Source of the DNA: an uncultured virus (IMG/VR IMGVR_UViG_3300022555_000016)
Lineage: Duplodnaviria > Heunggongvirae > Uroviricota > Caudoviricetes
Direction: 5' to 3' (one strand)
Virus record (IMG/VR): IMGVR_UViG_3300022555_000016
Length of the DNA: 64,000 bases
Positions 40,591 through 49,599 of this stretch are shown piece after piece. The notes beneath the pieces are model-generated. The model ran no database searches, had not been told where the DNA came from, and worked only from the letters and a program-made list of their open reading frames with translations. Every line of letters begins with the position of its first letter. Positions within the stretch are counted from its first letter, which is position 1. The position numbers and the translations under genes are program-made.

Positions 40591-40920
40591 TCACTGACTC
40601 AACTGACTAGAATTAGGAACTACAACATCAGAAACGTCCGAAGTGAACAACGCTGCCTTGTACGTTCCCGTCTTAGTGCTGACGATAACAATAGTCATAG
40701 GCTGACTAAAATCACCGCCGACTAAAGTGTTAACACCGCCGAAGGTTTGAGCTTTACCCGCTAGTTCAGTATCATCAACTGCGTTAGAGAAACCGATAAT
40801 TGTACCAACTGGCAAGTTCATCTTAGCAACTGATGTAGGAGTCTGACCTTTAATATTAACAGCTACTACAGTCAAAGGTGCATTAACTAAGTACCGATTA
40901 TTGAACGAAATTGTGGACAT
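40591..40920 (-). CDS. Hypothetical protein
   Basis: 109 aa, AAGGA RBS. Confidence 0.65.
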   Translation of the reverse strand: MSTISFNNRYLVNAPLTVVAVNIKGQTPTSVAKMNLPVGTIIGFSNAVDDTELAGKAQTFGGVNTLVGGDFSQPMTIVIVSTKTGTYKAALFTSDVSDVVVPNSSQLSQ

Positions 40921-40945
40921 GGTAGGGTTAGTCCTTCTTCTTTAT

Positions 40946-41146
40946 CTAAAGCGACAAACGAGCGTAGTACCGATTAGCTTTGTTAGTTCGCCACAGTGCG
41001 TGGTGATCTTGACAGTTAACGATTTCTTTAATTGACTCAAAAGGTGGTCGGCCTTTAGTTCCACCAAACCACACCCACCAAATAAAATGTCTCCAGTAGA
41101 ACCTTAGCAGGTAGTGGTCAGATTTAATCGGAGAATAACGAGCCAT
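40946..41146 (-). CDS. Hypothetical protein
   Basis: 66-aa ORF filling a gap in the operon. Confidence 0.45.
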   Translation of the reverse strand: MARYSPIKSDHYLLRFYWRHFIWWVWFGGTKGRPPFESIKEIVNCQDHHALWRTNKANRYYARLSL

Positions 41147-41203
41147 CCGGTATTATCTTTCTAGCTAGGTTTGTTAGCTCAAAGCAACACCGCCACAATG
41201 TGG

Positions 41204-41572
41204 TCAAACCTTATCAGTGTTGATTTCTTTGACTACCAAGGTGTAGGTGATTAAAGGTTTGCTCTTTGGGTCTTTTTGTACTGACGAGACCTTAATTTGA
41301 CCTCTAAGCTTAAACCTGTGTCCTACCCGTGCCCTAGCGGCTAAGAACTCATTAACCAAAAAGTCCGAATGGTTACTAACCACTGTTACTGCGTATGCAC
41401 CGTCTTTACGTTTGCTGACCGTGATATCAGACAGATCAGCAACTTCTAACTTGGACTGGTTAAAACTGTCAAAGATAGCTTGCCTAATTCTGTCGTACGA
41501 CACGGGTGCAGCCATAGCAAGGTACTGATCAATTCTTGCCAATACATCAGTTGACTCTTTTGAAGTAGTCAT
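41204..41572 (-). CDS. Hypothetical protein, IDxYL family
   Basis: DVLARIDQYLAM. Confidence 0.7.
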   Translation of the reverse strand: MTTSKESTDVLARIDQYLAMAAPVSYDRIRQAIFDSFNQSKLEVADLSDITVSKRKDGAYAVTVVSNHSDFLVNEFLAARARVGHRFKLRGQIKVSSVQKDPKSKPLITYTLVVKEINTDKV

Positions 41573-41614
41573 GTTAATAACCTTTTTACTGTTCGCGCTG
41601 TACAGACAAAAACC

Positions 41615-42079
41615 TTAAGCAACGTTACCCTTACCAGGAGTAGGACGGGGAGCAACTGCCGGTGCTAACTTGTCGTCAGACTTGGTAGCTGGAGCAGCTT
41701 CCTTCGTACTTTCGGAGTTCTTAGAATCTTTAGCGTCCTTCGGGTCTTTAGCATCCTTGGCAACTTTGGCGGCTTCAGCAACAGCTTTAGTCAAATTGTC
41801 AGTGATACTTTTCTGAATTCTCTCCCAGGCCGTTTTGCAGCCTTGCTCGCTACCCTTGCTCAACGCTTCAGATAACGCTGTACCGTCAGGGCCAGATAAC
41901 GCAGGCATAATCAACTTAAGCATTAAACTACGTGCAGCACTCTTCTCTGACTTAGGGTGTTTTTCACCCCCGTGAGACTTATGTGCCTTATGCTTTGATA
42001 GAGTAAGATATGCATCGATTCTCTGGGTAACACTTGACTTACGATCTAAACTGTCAAGTAATCGTTCGGTAATTGCCAT
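41615..42079 (-). CDS. Hypothetical protein, IDxYL family
   Basis: VTQRIDAYL and a K/D-rich tail. Promoter motif at 42112-42119. Confidence 0.7.
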   Translation of the reverse strand: MAITERLLDSLDRKSSVTQRIDAYLTLSKHKAHKSHGGEKHPKSEKSAARSLMLKLIMPALSGPDGTALSEALSKGSEQGCKTAWERIQKSITDNLTKAVAEAAKVAKDAKDPKDAKDSKNSESTKEAAPATKSDDKLAPAVAPRPTPGKGNVA

Positions 42080-42139
42080 GATAAAAACTTTCGGAGTAAC
42101 TGTGCATAAAGAAAATTAGATTCCGTTAGTCAAAATAAT

Positions 42140-42213
42140 TGGAGGTGCCGAAGTGAATTGAACACTTGATTTAGGATTTGCAGTCCCAAGCCTTGCCACT
42201 CGGCCACAGCACC
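42140..42213 (-). tRNA. trnC: tRNA-Cys(GCA)
   Basis: GGTGCTG...TGGGA-CTGCAAA-TCCTA...AAGTG-TTCAATT-CACTT-CGGCACC-T-CCA. Full cloverleaf, U73 discriminator, encoded CCA. Confidence 0.95.
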
Positions 42214-42296
42214 TTAGCTAACTACACTGATCACCAAAGAGGTCGGTTGCCTCTAATCAACAAAAAGTCAACCGACCTCTCTACTTTTATACGCCT

Positions 42297-43085
42297 TTAA
42301 CCCTGAGCCTGCTGGTTAATCAAAGCTTCAAGGTGCTGGTAGAAATTAGTGTTGGAATACAACTTCTTCCAATAATCCAGAACGCGATCCATCTCAACTT
42401 CAACGGAAGCGGCTGAAACCTTGAACTGGTTAACGTCGTCGGTAACTAAACCACGACCGTCAGCAACGTCAATGACTGCAACTGCTTCAACGGCTGATGG
42501 GAACTGTTGTGACCGAACAAAAACCCGCTTGGTGTCAAGGGCGTAACCAAAGTCTACAGTGCCAGCTTCGGTGTTGTAGAACTTAACGTAATCACCGAAC
42601 GAGAAACCACTACCGTGTTCACCTTCAAGAGAAGCGGTAACTGGACGACGTGACTTCTTGGCAGCAAGAATTTGATCAAAGTTGTCAGGGGTGGTGCAAA
42701 CCAACCGCTTGGAACCGTCGTCAGTCCCTACAACCCGCCAAATTGTATCCTCTTCATCAAGGAACACGTTAGCAGTAGTCAGGTGCAACCGGAGATCGCT
42801 AACAACTTCCTTGGTAAACGGAAAGGAAACTGTGTTAGCAACCACTACAGCCTTAAACAAGTTGTAGTGCTTGTTCTCAATTGCGTACAACGTGTTGCTT
42901 TCAACTACGAAGGAACCATTGAAGAACTTAGTAACAGCGTTCTTAATCTCAGCTGGTGAGTAGTTGTACGAATCAACAGAACAAACAATCGAATAAGCCT
43001 TTTCCGAAATCTTTGCTACACTTTGCAGTGCAATACCTGGCTCTTTGGACAGCGAAGCCAGAATCTTGTGGGTTACTGCTGACAT
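42297..43085 (-). CDS. Hypothetical protein, possibly structural
   Basis: 262 aa, AGGAG RBS, promoter motifs at 43127 and 43196. Confidence 0.7.
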   Translation of the reverse strand: MSAVTHKILASLSKEPGIALQSVAKISEKAYSIVCSVDSYNYSPAEIKNAVTKFFNGSFVVESNTLYAIENKHYNLFKAVVVANTVSFPFTKEVVSDLRLHLTTANVFLDEEDTIWRVVGTDDGSKRLVCTTPDNFDQILAAKKSRRPVTASLEGEHGSGFSFGDYVKFYNTEAGTVDFGYALDTKRVFVRSQQFPSAVEAVAVIDVADGRGLVTDDVNQFKVSAASVEVEMDRVLDYWKKLYSNTNFYQHLEALINQQAQG

Positions 43086-43287
43086 TTTAAAACTCCTGGT
43101 AAACTGAAAAACTGAACTGCTTAAACAAAATTAAGTTTCTATTATAGTTGCTAAAAAGAAAAAAGTCAAGACAATTTTTACTGACCCTTACAAATAAAAT
43201 TAAGATTCGGTTTTGAAAATTATTTCCAAAACTAGAAAAAGCGACCTAGGCTTTTTGAGCCAAAGCCGCTTTTTGAACTATACATGA

Positions 43288-43755
43288 CTAACTACGCTTA
43301 GAATGAGTACGCTTCCTATTATGACGCTTAGTGCCCGTTCGGCCTTTACGTTCATGAGACTTTTTCTTGTGAGTACCTTTAGCCTTGTGGAAAGCCTTCA
43401 GACCCTCAGAGATGTTATCCCGATGTTCCTTGGTGAACTTGAAACCACCACGACGACCCTTATGTTCACCGTCATGACGAATCGATAGCTTACGCTTCAT
43501 ATGAGCGACTCGATCCGAAGTTAAAGCACCACCCTCATTTGCAGAATGACCAGCCTTACGTTCTGCTCTCATCTTACGATAAGTCTCAGCCGCTGTATTA
43601 CGAGCGGTTTGTTCAGCAGCGGAACGTTGAGGTCTTCCTGCTTTTTTAAGATGAGTATTTACTGTAGGCTTAGTTAGCTTAGCGGATTTAAAAGCGGTAT
43701 GTTTTTTACTCTTACGTTTACCAATCTTCTTTACTTTACTAAATTTTGGAGACAT
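43288..43755 (-). CDS. Basic protamine-like protein with a NUMOD3-like helix
   Basis: K/R/H-rich, FTKEHRDNISEGLK. Confidence 0.8.
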   Translation of the reverse strand: MSPKFSKVKKIGKRKSKKHTAFKSAKLTKPTVNTHLKKAGRPQRSAAEQTARNTAAETYRKMRAERKAGHSANEGGALTSDRVAHMKRKLSIRHDGEHKGRRGGFKFTKEHRDNISEGLKAFHKAKGTHKKKSHERKGRTGTKRHNRKRTHSKRS

Positions 43756-43912
43756 AACTTGAAACTCGGAGTTTCAAGTTAGACAAGTTGTCTATTGATC
43801 TAGAACTACTGCCTAACTTGGATTCCGATCTTAATAATATGTACAAAAGAAAAGGAGCCAGAGAGTTAATTTTAACTGATTAACTCTCTGGTTCCTTCAA
43901 CGGTAGAACTAA

Positions 43913-44383
43913 TTACCGCTTGTGACCGCCCTTACGACCCTTACGGGCGTGGTGACGGGCATGCTTGCCATGCTTCCGAGCGTGATGCTTACCACCGGCC
44001 CGACCCTTGGCGTGTGCCTTCTTCTTACCCTTGGCAACCCGCTTCTTCTCGTTCTTGAACTTGCCAGCCATCTTACCACGATTGCTGTGCTTGCCCTTGG
44101 CACCCTTACCAATGGCCCCAGCCTTACGGAGAGCGGCCATGTGCTTACGGAAAGCTGCACCGCCAGCCGACTTCAACCACTTTGCCCGACCAAGAATCAT
44201 AGCCTTCCGCTGAGCGGGAGAAATCTTATGACCCTTACGCTTGCCCTTAGCGGCTGTACGCTTGGCGCGGAGCTTACCAGCCTTTACACGACGACCATGT
44301 AACGCCTTACCAGTCAACTTGCCACGACCGGCCTTGGCCCGACGCTTGTTAAGATGACGTACTGACTCTGCCTTCTTTGCCAT
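43913..44383 (-). CDS. Basic protamine-like protein
   Basis: K/R/G/H/A-rich, GHKISPAQRKAM, AAGGA RBS. Confidence 0.85.
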   Translation of the reverse strand: MAKKAESVRHLNKRRAKAGRGKLTGKALHGRRVKAGKLRAKRTAAKGKRKGHKISPAQRKAMILGRAKWLKSAGGAAFRKHMAALRKAGAIGKGAKGKHSNRGKMAGKFKNEKKRVAKGKKKAHAKGRAGGKHHARKHGKHARHHARKGRKGGHKR

Positions 44384-44431
44384 GATAGAAAGTCCTTTTA
44401 CTGAGGTCTGTTACGGAGAGTTACGAGTAGT

Positions 44432-44590
44432 TTAAGGGAAACGCTTAGGTTTCGGGGTCTGAACCGCTACCGGCCTAAACGCACTACTAATGCTAGGCTT
44501 ATTACCAGCTTGTCTGTTCTTATCATTCACGATTTGACGGACATGATCTGGAACTTGGTTCACTGGCTTAGTAGGAGGAGGGTTAGCCAT
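44432..44590 (-). CDS. Small 52-aa protein missing from the ORF track
   Basis: MANPPPTKPVNQVPDHVRQIVNDKNRQAGNKPSISSAFRPVAVQTPKPKRFP, with AAGGAG RBS. Confidence 0.6.
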   Translation of the reverse strand: MANPPPTKPVNQVPDHVRQIVNDKNRQAGNKPSISSAFRPVAVQTPKPKRFP

Positions 44591-44689
44591 GTTTAGTTTC
44601 TCCTTAGTTTTTTATTACTTCAGGACTATAGATTGGTATTGGAAATCTAGAAAAAGAAAAATATCAGTAAATATTCTAAGAACTAACGC

Positions 44690-45046
44690 TTAATGTTTAG
44701 GCTTAATGTGCTTAGAAGATTTACTGTGTTTACCAGGCTTAGAATGTTTATGACGTTTAGAATGACCACCAACACGACCTTTACGACGACCACCGGAACG
44801 GTGAGACGATGAAGACGAACTGCTTTTAGTGCGTGCTTTACTGCCGCCACCAGATTTACTACGTTTAGCACCACCACCTTGAGAAGCTAACTTAGACAAC
44901 AATTCTTTTAGTTTCTGACCTTCCGGTGTTTTGTAGAAAGCTAATTTAGCTCTAGCAATAGCTTCACGGTGCTTATCAGGCATCGGATTCTTGACCGGTT
45001 TACCAGCAGTCTTGCCTTTACGCTTTTTACCAAATTTTGGAGACAT
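44690..45046 (-). CDS. Basic protamine-like protein with a NUMOD3-like helix
   Basis: MPDKHREAIARAK, KGRVGGH, poly-Ser tract, AGGAG RBS. Confidence 0.8.
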   Translation of the reverse strand: MSPKFGKKRKGKTAGKPVKNPMPDKHREAIARAKLAFYKTPEGQKLKELLSKLASQGGGAKRSKSGGGSKARTKSSSSSSSHRSGGRRKGRVGGHSKRHKHSKPGKHSKSSKHIKPKH

Positions 45047-45062
45047 GATTACACTCTCCTAA

Positions 45063-45464
45063 TTATTTACGCTTGCTACCACAACGTCCCTTGGAGCGGA
45101 CATGATGACGACCTGACGGCTTACGTCTTTTACCGCCTTTACGACCTTTGTGCTTACCAAGCTCTTCTGAAGTTTTACCAGTCTTATTAAAACGAATCAA
45201 CCCTTCAGAAATAGCCTTACAGTGCTTAGCCGATAGCTTGCCAGTACGACCTTTAGTACCAGTAGCTGCGGCGGGAGCGTTAGTGTTGGCAGCCAGTGCT
45301 GTATTGGAATTAGCAGCTTTACGATTAGCGTGAGCTTGACGCTTACCAGTTGAGATATTCTGGCGGTGTTCTTTGGACCACTTCTGCTTCAGCCCAAGCT
45401 TCTTACGTATAGCGTTATAGCCACGACGAACTAAACTCGTCTTTCTTTTATAGACTTTTGCCAT
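45063..45464 (-). CDS. Basic protein with two NUMOD3-like helices
   Basis: WSKEHRQNISTG and LSAKHCKAISEG, KTGKT. Start chosen from AAGGAG spacing. Confidence 0.8.
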   Translation of the reverse strand: MAKVYKRKTSLVRRGYNAIRKKLGLKQKWSKEHRQNISTGKRQAHANRKAANSNTALAANTNAPAAATGTKGRTGKLSAKHCKAISEGLIRFNKTGKTSEELGKHKGRKGGKRRKPSGRHHVRSKGRCGSKRK

Positions 45465-45502
45465 GAACATTACTCCTTTATTCAAAAAACTTACCAACGT
45501 AA

Positions 45503-45784
45503 CTACTGACGAACCCGACGACGCTTGATGTGCCCACCAGTACGACCTTTGGTGTCAGGGTATTTACTGCGACTTTTACGTGGACGGAGGTCACCGCGCT
45601 CAGCCGCTGTTTTACCAGTTTTCAAGAACGCTTTACGCCCATCCGAAATATGTTTCTTGTGTTCTTCAGTCAATTTAGCCGGATGACTCTTTTTGCTCTT
45701 ACGCTTATGATGGAACGTCCTATGAATTCCAGACTTAATCCCACGTTTTAGACTATGAGCAAAAGCCCTTAACGACACTGACAT
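45503..45784 (-). CDS. Basic protein with a NUMOD3-like helix
   Basis: LTEEHKKHISDG, KTGKT, KGRTGGH. Confidence 0.8.
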   Translation of the reverse strand: MSVSLRAFAHSLKRGIKSGIHRTFHHKRKSKKSHPAKLTEEHKKHISDGRKAFLKTGKTAAERGDLRPRKSRSKYPDTKGRTGGHIKRRRVRQ

Positions 45785-45808
45785 TGCAATGAATCCTTTG
45801 TCACAACC

Positions 45809-46105
45809 CTATTTACGGATTCTCCTAGTCTTTTTCCTAATTACAGTTCTAGTTTGAGTATTTACCCTAGTATTTACTACTTTACGTTTATAATGAGCAG
45901 CTTTTCCAATTTTACCAGCTTTAGCCAATGAGGAAGTTTCTTTTCTTAGGACATGCCCTCTAGGTGAGTTATAGAACTCTTTTTTAGCCTCAGAAATAGC
46001 CTGCTTATGCGCTTCAGTCATTTTACCTCTAGGCTTACCCTTAGGCCAACCTTTTTTCTTAACAGGAGGCTTCTTATGGAAACGGGATAGGACAGGAGCT
46101 TTCAT
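45809..46105 (-). CDS. Basic protein with a NUMOD3-like helix
   Basis: KGKPRGKMTEAHKQAISEAKK. Confidence 0.8.
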   Translation of the reverse strand: MKAPVLSRFHKKPPVKKKGWPKGKPRGKMTEAHKQAISEAKKEFYNSPRGHVLRKETSSLAKAGKIGKAAHYKRKVVNTRVNTQTRTVIRKKTRRIRK

Positions 46106-46217
46106 AGTTATTATTACTCCGGTAGGCTAGACTAGGCTAGGCTAGGCAATTTAGCAGAAAAGCTAGTCCAACCCTTTTAATGAGCCGGACTAGCGATCCT
46201 TATAGCTTATTCAAAAG

Positions 46218-46628
46218 TTAACGCTTGTGACCGCCGTGACGGCCCTTACGGGCGTGATGACCACCCTTACGACCCTTGGCCTTGGCCCGAGCATAATGCG
46301 ACTTACGCTTTGCCTTAACTTTACCAGCCTTCTTCTCGTTCTTGAACTTGCCAGCCATCTTACCACGATTGCTGTGCTTACCTTTGGCACCCTTACCAAT
46401 GGCCCCAGCCTTACGGAGAGCGGCCATGTGCTTACGATACGCTGCACCACCAGCAGTAGCTAACCAACGCTTACGACCGGCGTCCATTGCCTTCCGCTGA
46501 GCGGGGGAAATCTTATGACCCTTACGAGCGTGGGCTGGCTTCTTGCCTTTAGCAACCCGCTTGGCCTTAGGAGCATGTGTTGCCTTAGCTTTAGCTTTGG
46601 CATAATGTGAAGTCTTACGCTTTGCCAT
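46218..46628 (-). CDS. Basic protamine-like protein, close paralog of 43913..44383
   Basis: Likely start ATG 46628 (MAKRKT). Shares a near-identical central DNA block with its paralog. Confidence 0.85.
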   Translation of the reverse strand: MAKRKTSHYAKAKAKATHAPKAKRVAKGKKPAHARKGHKISPAQRKAMDAGRKRWLATAGGAAYRKHMAALRKAGAIGKGAKGKHSNRGKMAGKFKNEKKAGKVKAKRKSHYARAKAKGRKGGHHARKGRHGGHKR

Positions 46629-46756
46629 GATGAAAAATCCTTTAAAAGAAAGGTTAAACCGAATAGGTATAGTCAAAAGTTGTTTAAGCTATTCAAGCTA
46701 TTTTTATGGGTAGGCGTACAGGGAGTTTAGATTTTAAACTCCCTGTACCGAATTAA

Positions 46757-47182
46757 CTACCGACGAGCGCGGCGCTTGTGACCATGCTTCCGGGCGTGAT
46801 GCTTGCCGCCCTTACGGCCCTTAGCGAACTTCCGGCTGCCCCGACCTTCAATCTTATGACCAGTCTTGGCATGCTTCTTACCGGTGTGAGCACCCTTTAC
46901 CTTAGAGGTAAACATGCCCTTACCCTTACCACGAGCGGAATGCTTACCCTTTGCGCCACGGCCAATGAGACCCTTCTTACGAAGGTCAGACATGTGCTTA
47001 GCCCAGAGCTTGCCTTCAGCCGACTTCAACCACTTTGCCCGACCAGCTTGCATGGCCTTTTTGTGCTCTGCACTGAGCTTATGACCCTTACGGCCGTGAG
47101 TGGTCTTCTTACCCTTAGCAACACGCTTCCGCTTAGCACCCTTAACAGCAGAATGTGCGCCAGCGCGATGAATCTTAGCCAT
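46757..47182 (-). CDS. Basic protamine-like protein with a NUMOD3-like helix
   Basis: GHKLSAEHKKAMQAG, KGRKGGKHH. Promoter motif at 47306-47313. Confidence 0.85.
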   Translation of the reverse strand: MAKIHRAGAHSAVKGAKRKRVAKGKKTTHGRKGHKLSAEHKKAMQAGRAKWLKSAEGKLWAKHMSDLRKKGLIGRGAKGKHSARGKGKGMFTSKVKGAHTGKKHAKTGHKIEGRGSRKFAKGRKGGKHHARKHGHKRRARR

Positions 47183-47457
47183 GATCTTAAGTCCTTCTGA
47201 AAGAGGATTAGATGATATTACAAAAAAGAAATTGATTAAGAGATGAGAGAAAATTTCTCAGGAAGTTAAGCTCCTTTACAAAAAACTTTTCTCACCCTTA
47301 TACTTAAAATTAGATTATTCCCAATTCAAAAAGCCTAAGCGAAAATAAAAATTTTAGTCAACTATATTAGGATACAAAGAAATAGGGCACAGCTTTTGGC
47401 TGCGCCCTTAGTTTCGTAGATTCTCGTTAAAGTGTTAAGTACAATAGCCAAGTTGTT

Positions 47458-47598
47458 ATAGTCACAGGTCTTATGTAAGTTTGTTAAGCTATTATAAGTC
47501 CTGTCTTTAGGCCACAAAGTACTGGAGACCTGGGATGTACTACTAGACACCCTTTACCTCGAGTGCATGCACCGGGCTATTAGTTAACCTTAAACCGT
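47458..47598 (-). ncRNA. Putative omegaRNA (reRNA) scaffold of TnpB copy 1
   Basis: 141 bp 3' of tnpB, identical to 57039..57179. Contains hairpins and CAGGTCT/AGACCTG complementarity. Confidence 0.75.
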
Positions 47599-49332
47599 TC
47601 AACCAACGTAGTTGTTGCTCCTAATTAACCGTGAGTCCTTCTGACTCTGAATCTTGAAAGGTGTGGTTAGAACCTTCTTGACCCAGTCTTGGTCAACGGG
47701 AGCTAAATTCATACGTGATTTGAACTTTCTAAGGACGTTTACCGAGGATTGAACGTCAGAGTGAACGTGAATCCCTTTAGCTGTGATGTACAGGCCCCTT
47801 CGAACCCGTGTACCACTGTAATGAGGACTAGGAGCACCCTTAACGTACTTAGGAGGGAGGTAATCTCTATCCATAGCAGAACCCTTACTAGTATGCGATT
47901 CATTCTGTAAGTGGACTGTAATCCCTACTGCTACGCACTTGTAGGTCAACATCTCCACGAACCGATTGAACGGGAGTCTAGTAAAGTTCTTCATACCCTT
48001 AGCAAACTGTTTCCAATCAATGTTCCTACCAATAACTAGGATTACGACACCATTCTCCACGAGCAGCTTGACTAGCGTGCTGGAAACGTTGTGGAGGTAG
48101 TGGTCCAGTCTATTTCTAAGCTTATTGTAGGCTGCTTGAATCCTCTTTGAAGAGTTCTGTGGGATTTTACTTGTTAGAATCTGACCCAACTCTTGGTCGT
48201 ACTCAGGAGGATCGGGGTAGAGGGCAGAATGAGTAGCAAAAGCTTGCTGAACCATCAAACCTAGCATAAGGTAGTTAAACGGGTTGGACTCAGGGTCTTT
48301 CAACTCCCTAAGACGTTTCCTCTTCAACTCTAGCTCTTCTTTAGCTTTAGTACGTTCGTCTATTAACTGACGTTCCCTAGCCGGTTTAGACCAGTAGAGG
48401 TCCCGTTTAAGCTCTTCTATCTGGTAGTAGGACCAAAGTAATAGAGACTTCAGAATCCAACCGTTAAAGGCTATAGGCTTTGGATTACCTTCTATTACCC
48501 CTGCGGCTGTAACGTTTACCCCTAAGTCAAAGCTTGCTATAGCTTGTAGTTCTTCTTGCTTAGCAGTCCAGTTACCTGTAATCTCTTCGTTGTAGACTGC
48601 TTCTACGTTGTAACCACCTACTATTGGGATGTATCTGACTTCAGTGATTCCAACGTCTCTTAGGACAGGTTTACCTTTGGAATCTTTCTTTATAGCTTGC
48701 TTACCCTTGGAGTCAGTAACAACTTGAGGTTGCATGTGGAGGGTGAAGGGTATTTCCTGTTTAAACTCTGGATTCCTAGGGCAAAGGGTGATGAATCCTT
48801 TGGGAGCAATAGACTTGGATAACCTAGCTCCTTTAACCTGTTTCTTATTGGAATCAACTACTTGACCTCCAGTCATGGTCTGGTAGGTAAACTTAACTGG
48901 TTTACGGCTGTCGGTCCTACGGATGTACTTATCACCCTTGAACCCAGGTGGTTGAGGGCAAGCCTTGTACTTCTTAGGGTGAGCTTTCTAGAGTTCCTTA
49001 CTTTTAGTCCACTCCCAGAAGTCAAACCAAGCAGCTTCGAAGGACTTCCAGTCGTCATGGAGCATTTTAACAGTAGCGTTAGCTACTTTGGTGGGTAACC
49101 GTTGGTACTCAGGAGTCTGTTTTAACAGCTTATCTAGCTCGGGTAGACTAGGAATCTTCTTCCTTTGGAAGCCTGGCTGTTTGTAGTTGTCCTGGTTGTA
49201 GTTCCAGATAGAAAGTAAGATGAAAAGACCTACGTGATAGAGTTTGGCTGACAAAAAGCAAGTAGAATCAACACCCTTGTACCAAGGGTGTTTGGGACCT
49301 ACAAACTGTTTTTGAACCCTGGTTTCTAACAT
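47599..49332 (-). pseudogene. tnpB: TnpB with a single in-frame TAG
   Basis: Same 1734-bp length as the intact copy. TAG at 48988-48990 where copy 2 has CAG (Gln). Confidence 0.9.
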
Positions 49333-49599
49333 AAGTAGAATCCAATTTAAAAAGAGTCTAAGAAAATCTTACAAACAAAATTAAGATTCACCTCGAGTCA
49401 GAATCAGAAAAAGATTCTTACAAGAAGATTAACGTTCTTATAGAAACTGAGTAAAGGTATTCAATACTTAACTTTCTTTCAACTAGCCGTCAAACAGGTG
49501 TAAAGGAGGCTAGATTTTTAGGAGGATTTTTGGACTACTGTATCTAAATCTTCTCTAGTGTACTTAACTTGAAAGTTACAAGGTCTAACCGAATCCAAG

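Larger units (their letters stand above)
47458..49466 (-). mobile_element. TnpB-only (IS1341-like) element, copy 1
   Basis: Homology to 57039..59060 ends at ATA trinucleotides on both sides. Confidence 0.8.

Noticed and set aside
43783..43797. Possible self-target of the TnpB copy 1 guide
   Set aside because: Only 13 of 15 bases match, with mismatches in the seed and no TAT motif adjacent. This is plausible by chance.
43909..47200. Alternative-frame and antisense ORFs over the basic-protein genes
   Set aside because: These are shadow ORFs from biased codon usage. RBSs and shared motifs support the K/R-rich frames.
47362..47550. 62-aa ORF
   Set aside because: It overlaps the conserved omegaRNA region and crosses the element boundary, and its start is weak.
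4105..48990. Stop-codon reassignment or suppressor system
   Set aside because: The internal stops are of all three types, all three also end intact genes, the second tnpB has CAG at the same site, and the only clear tRNA is Cys(GCA).
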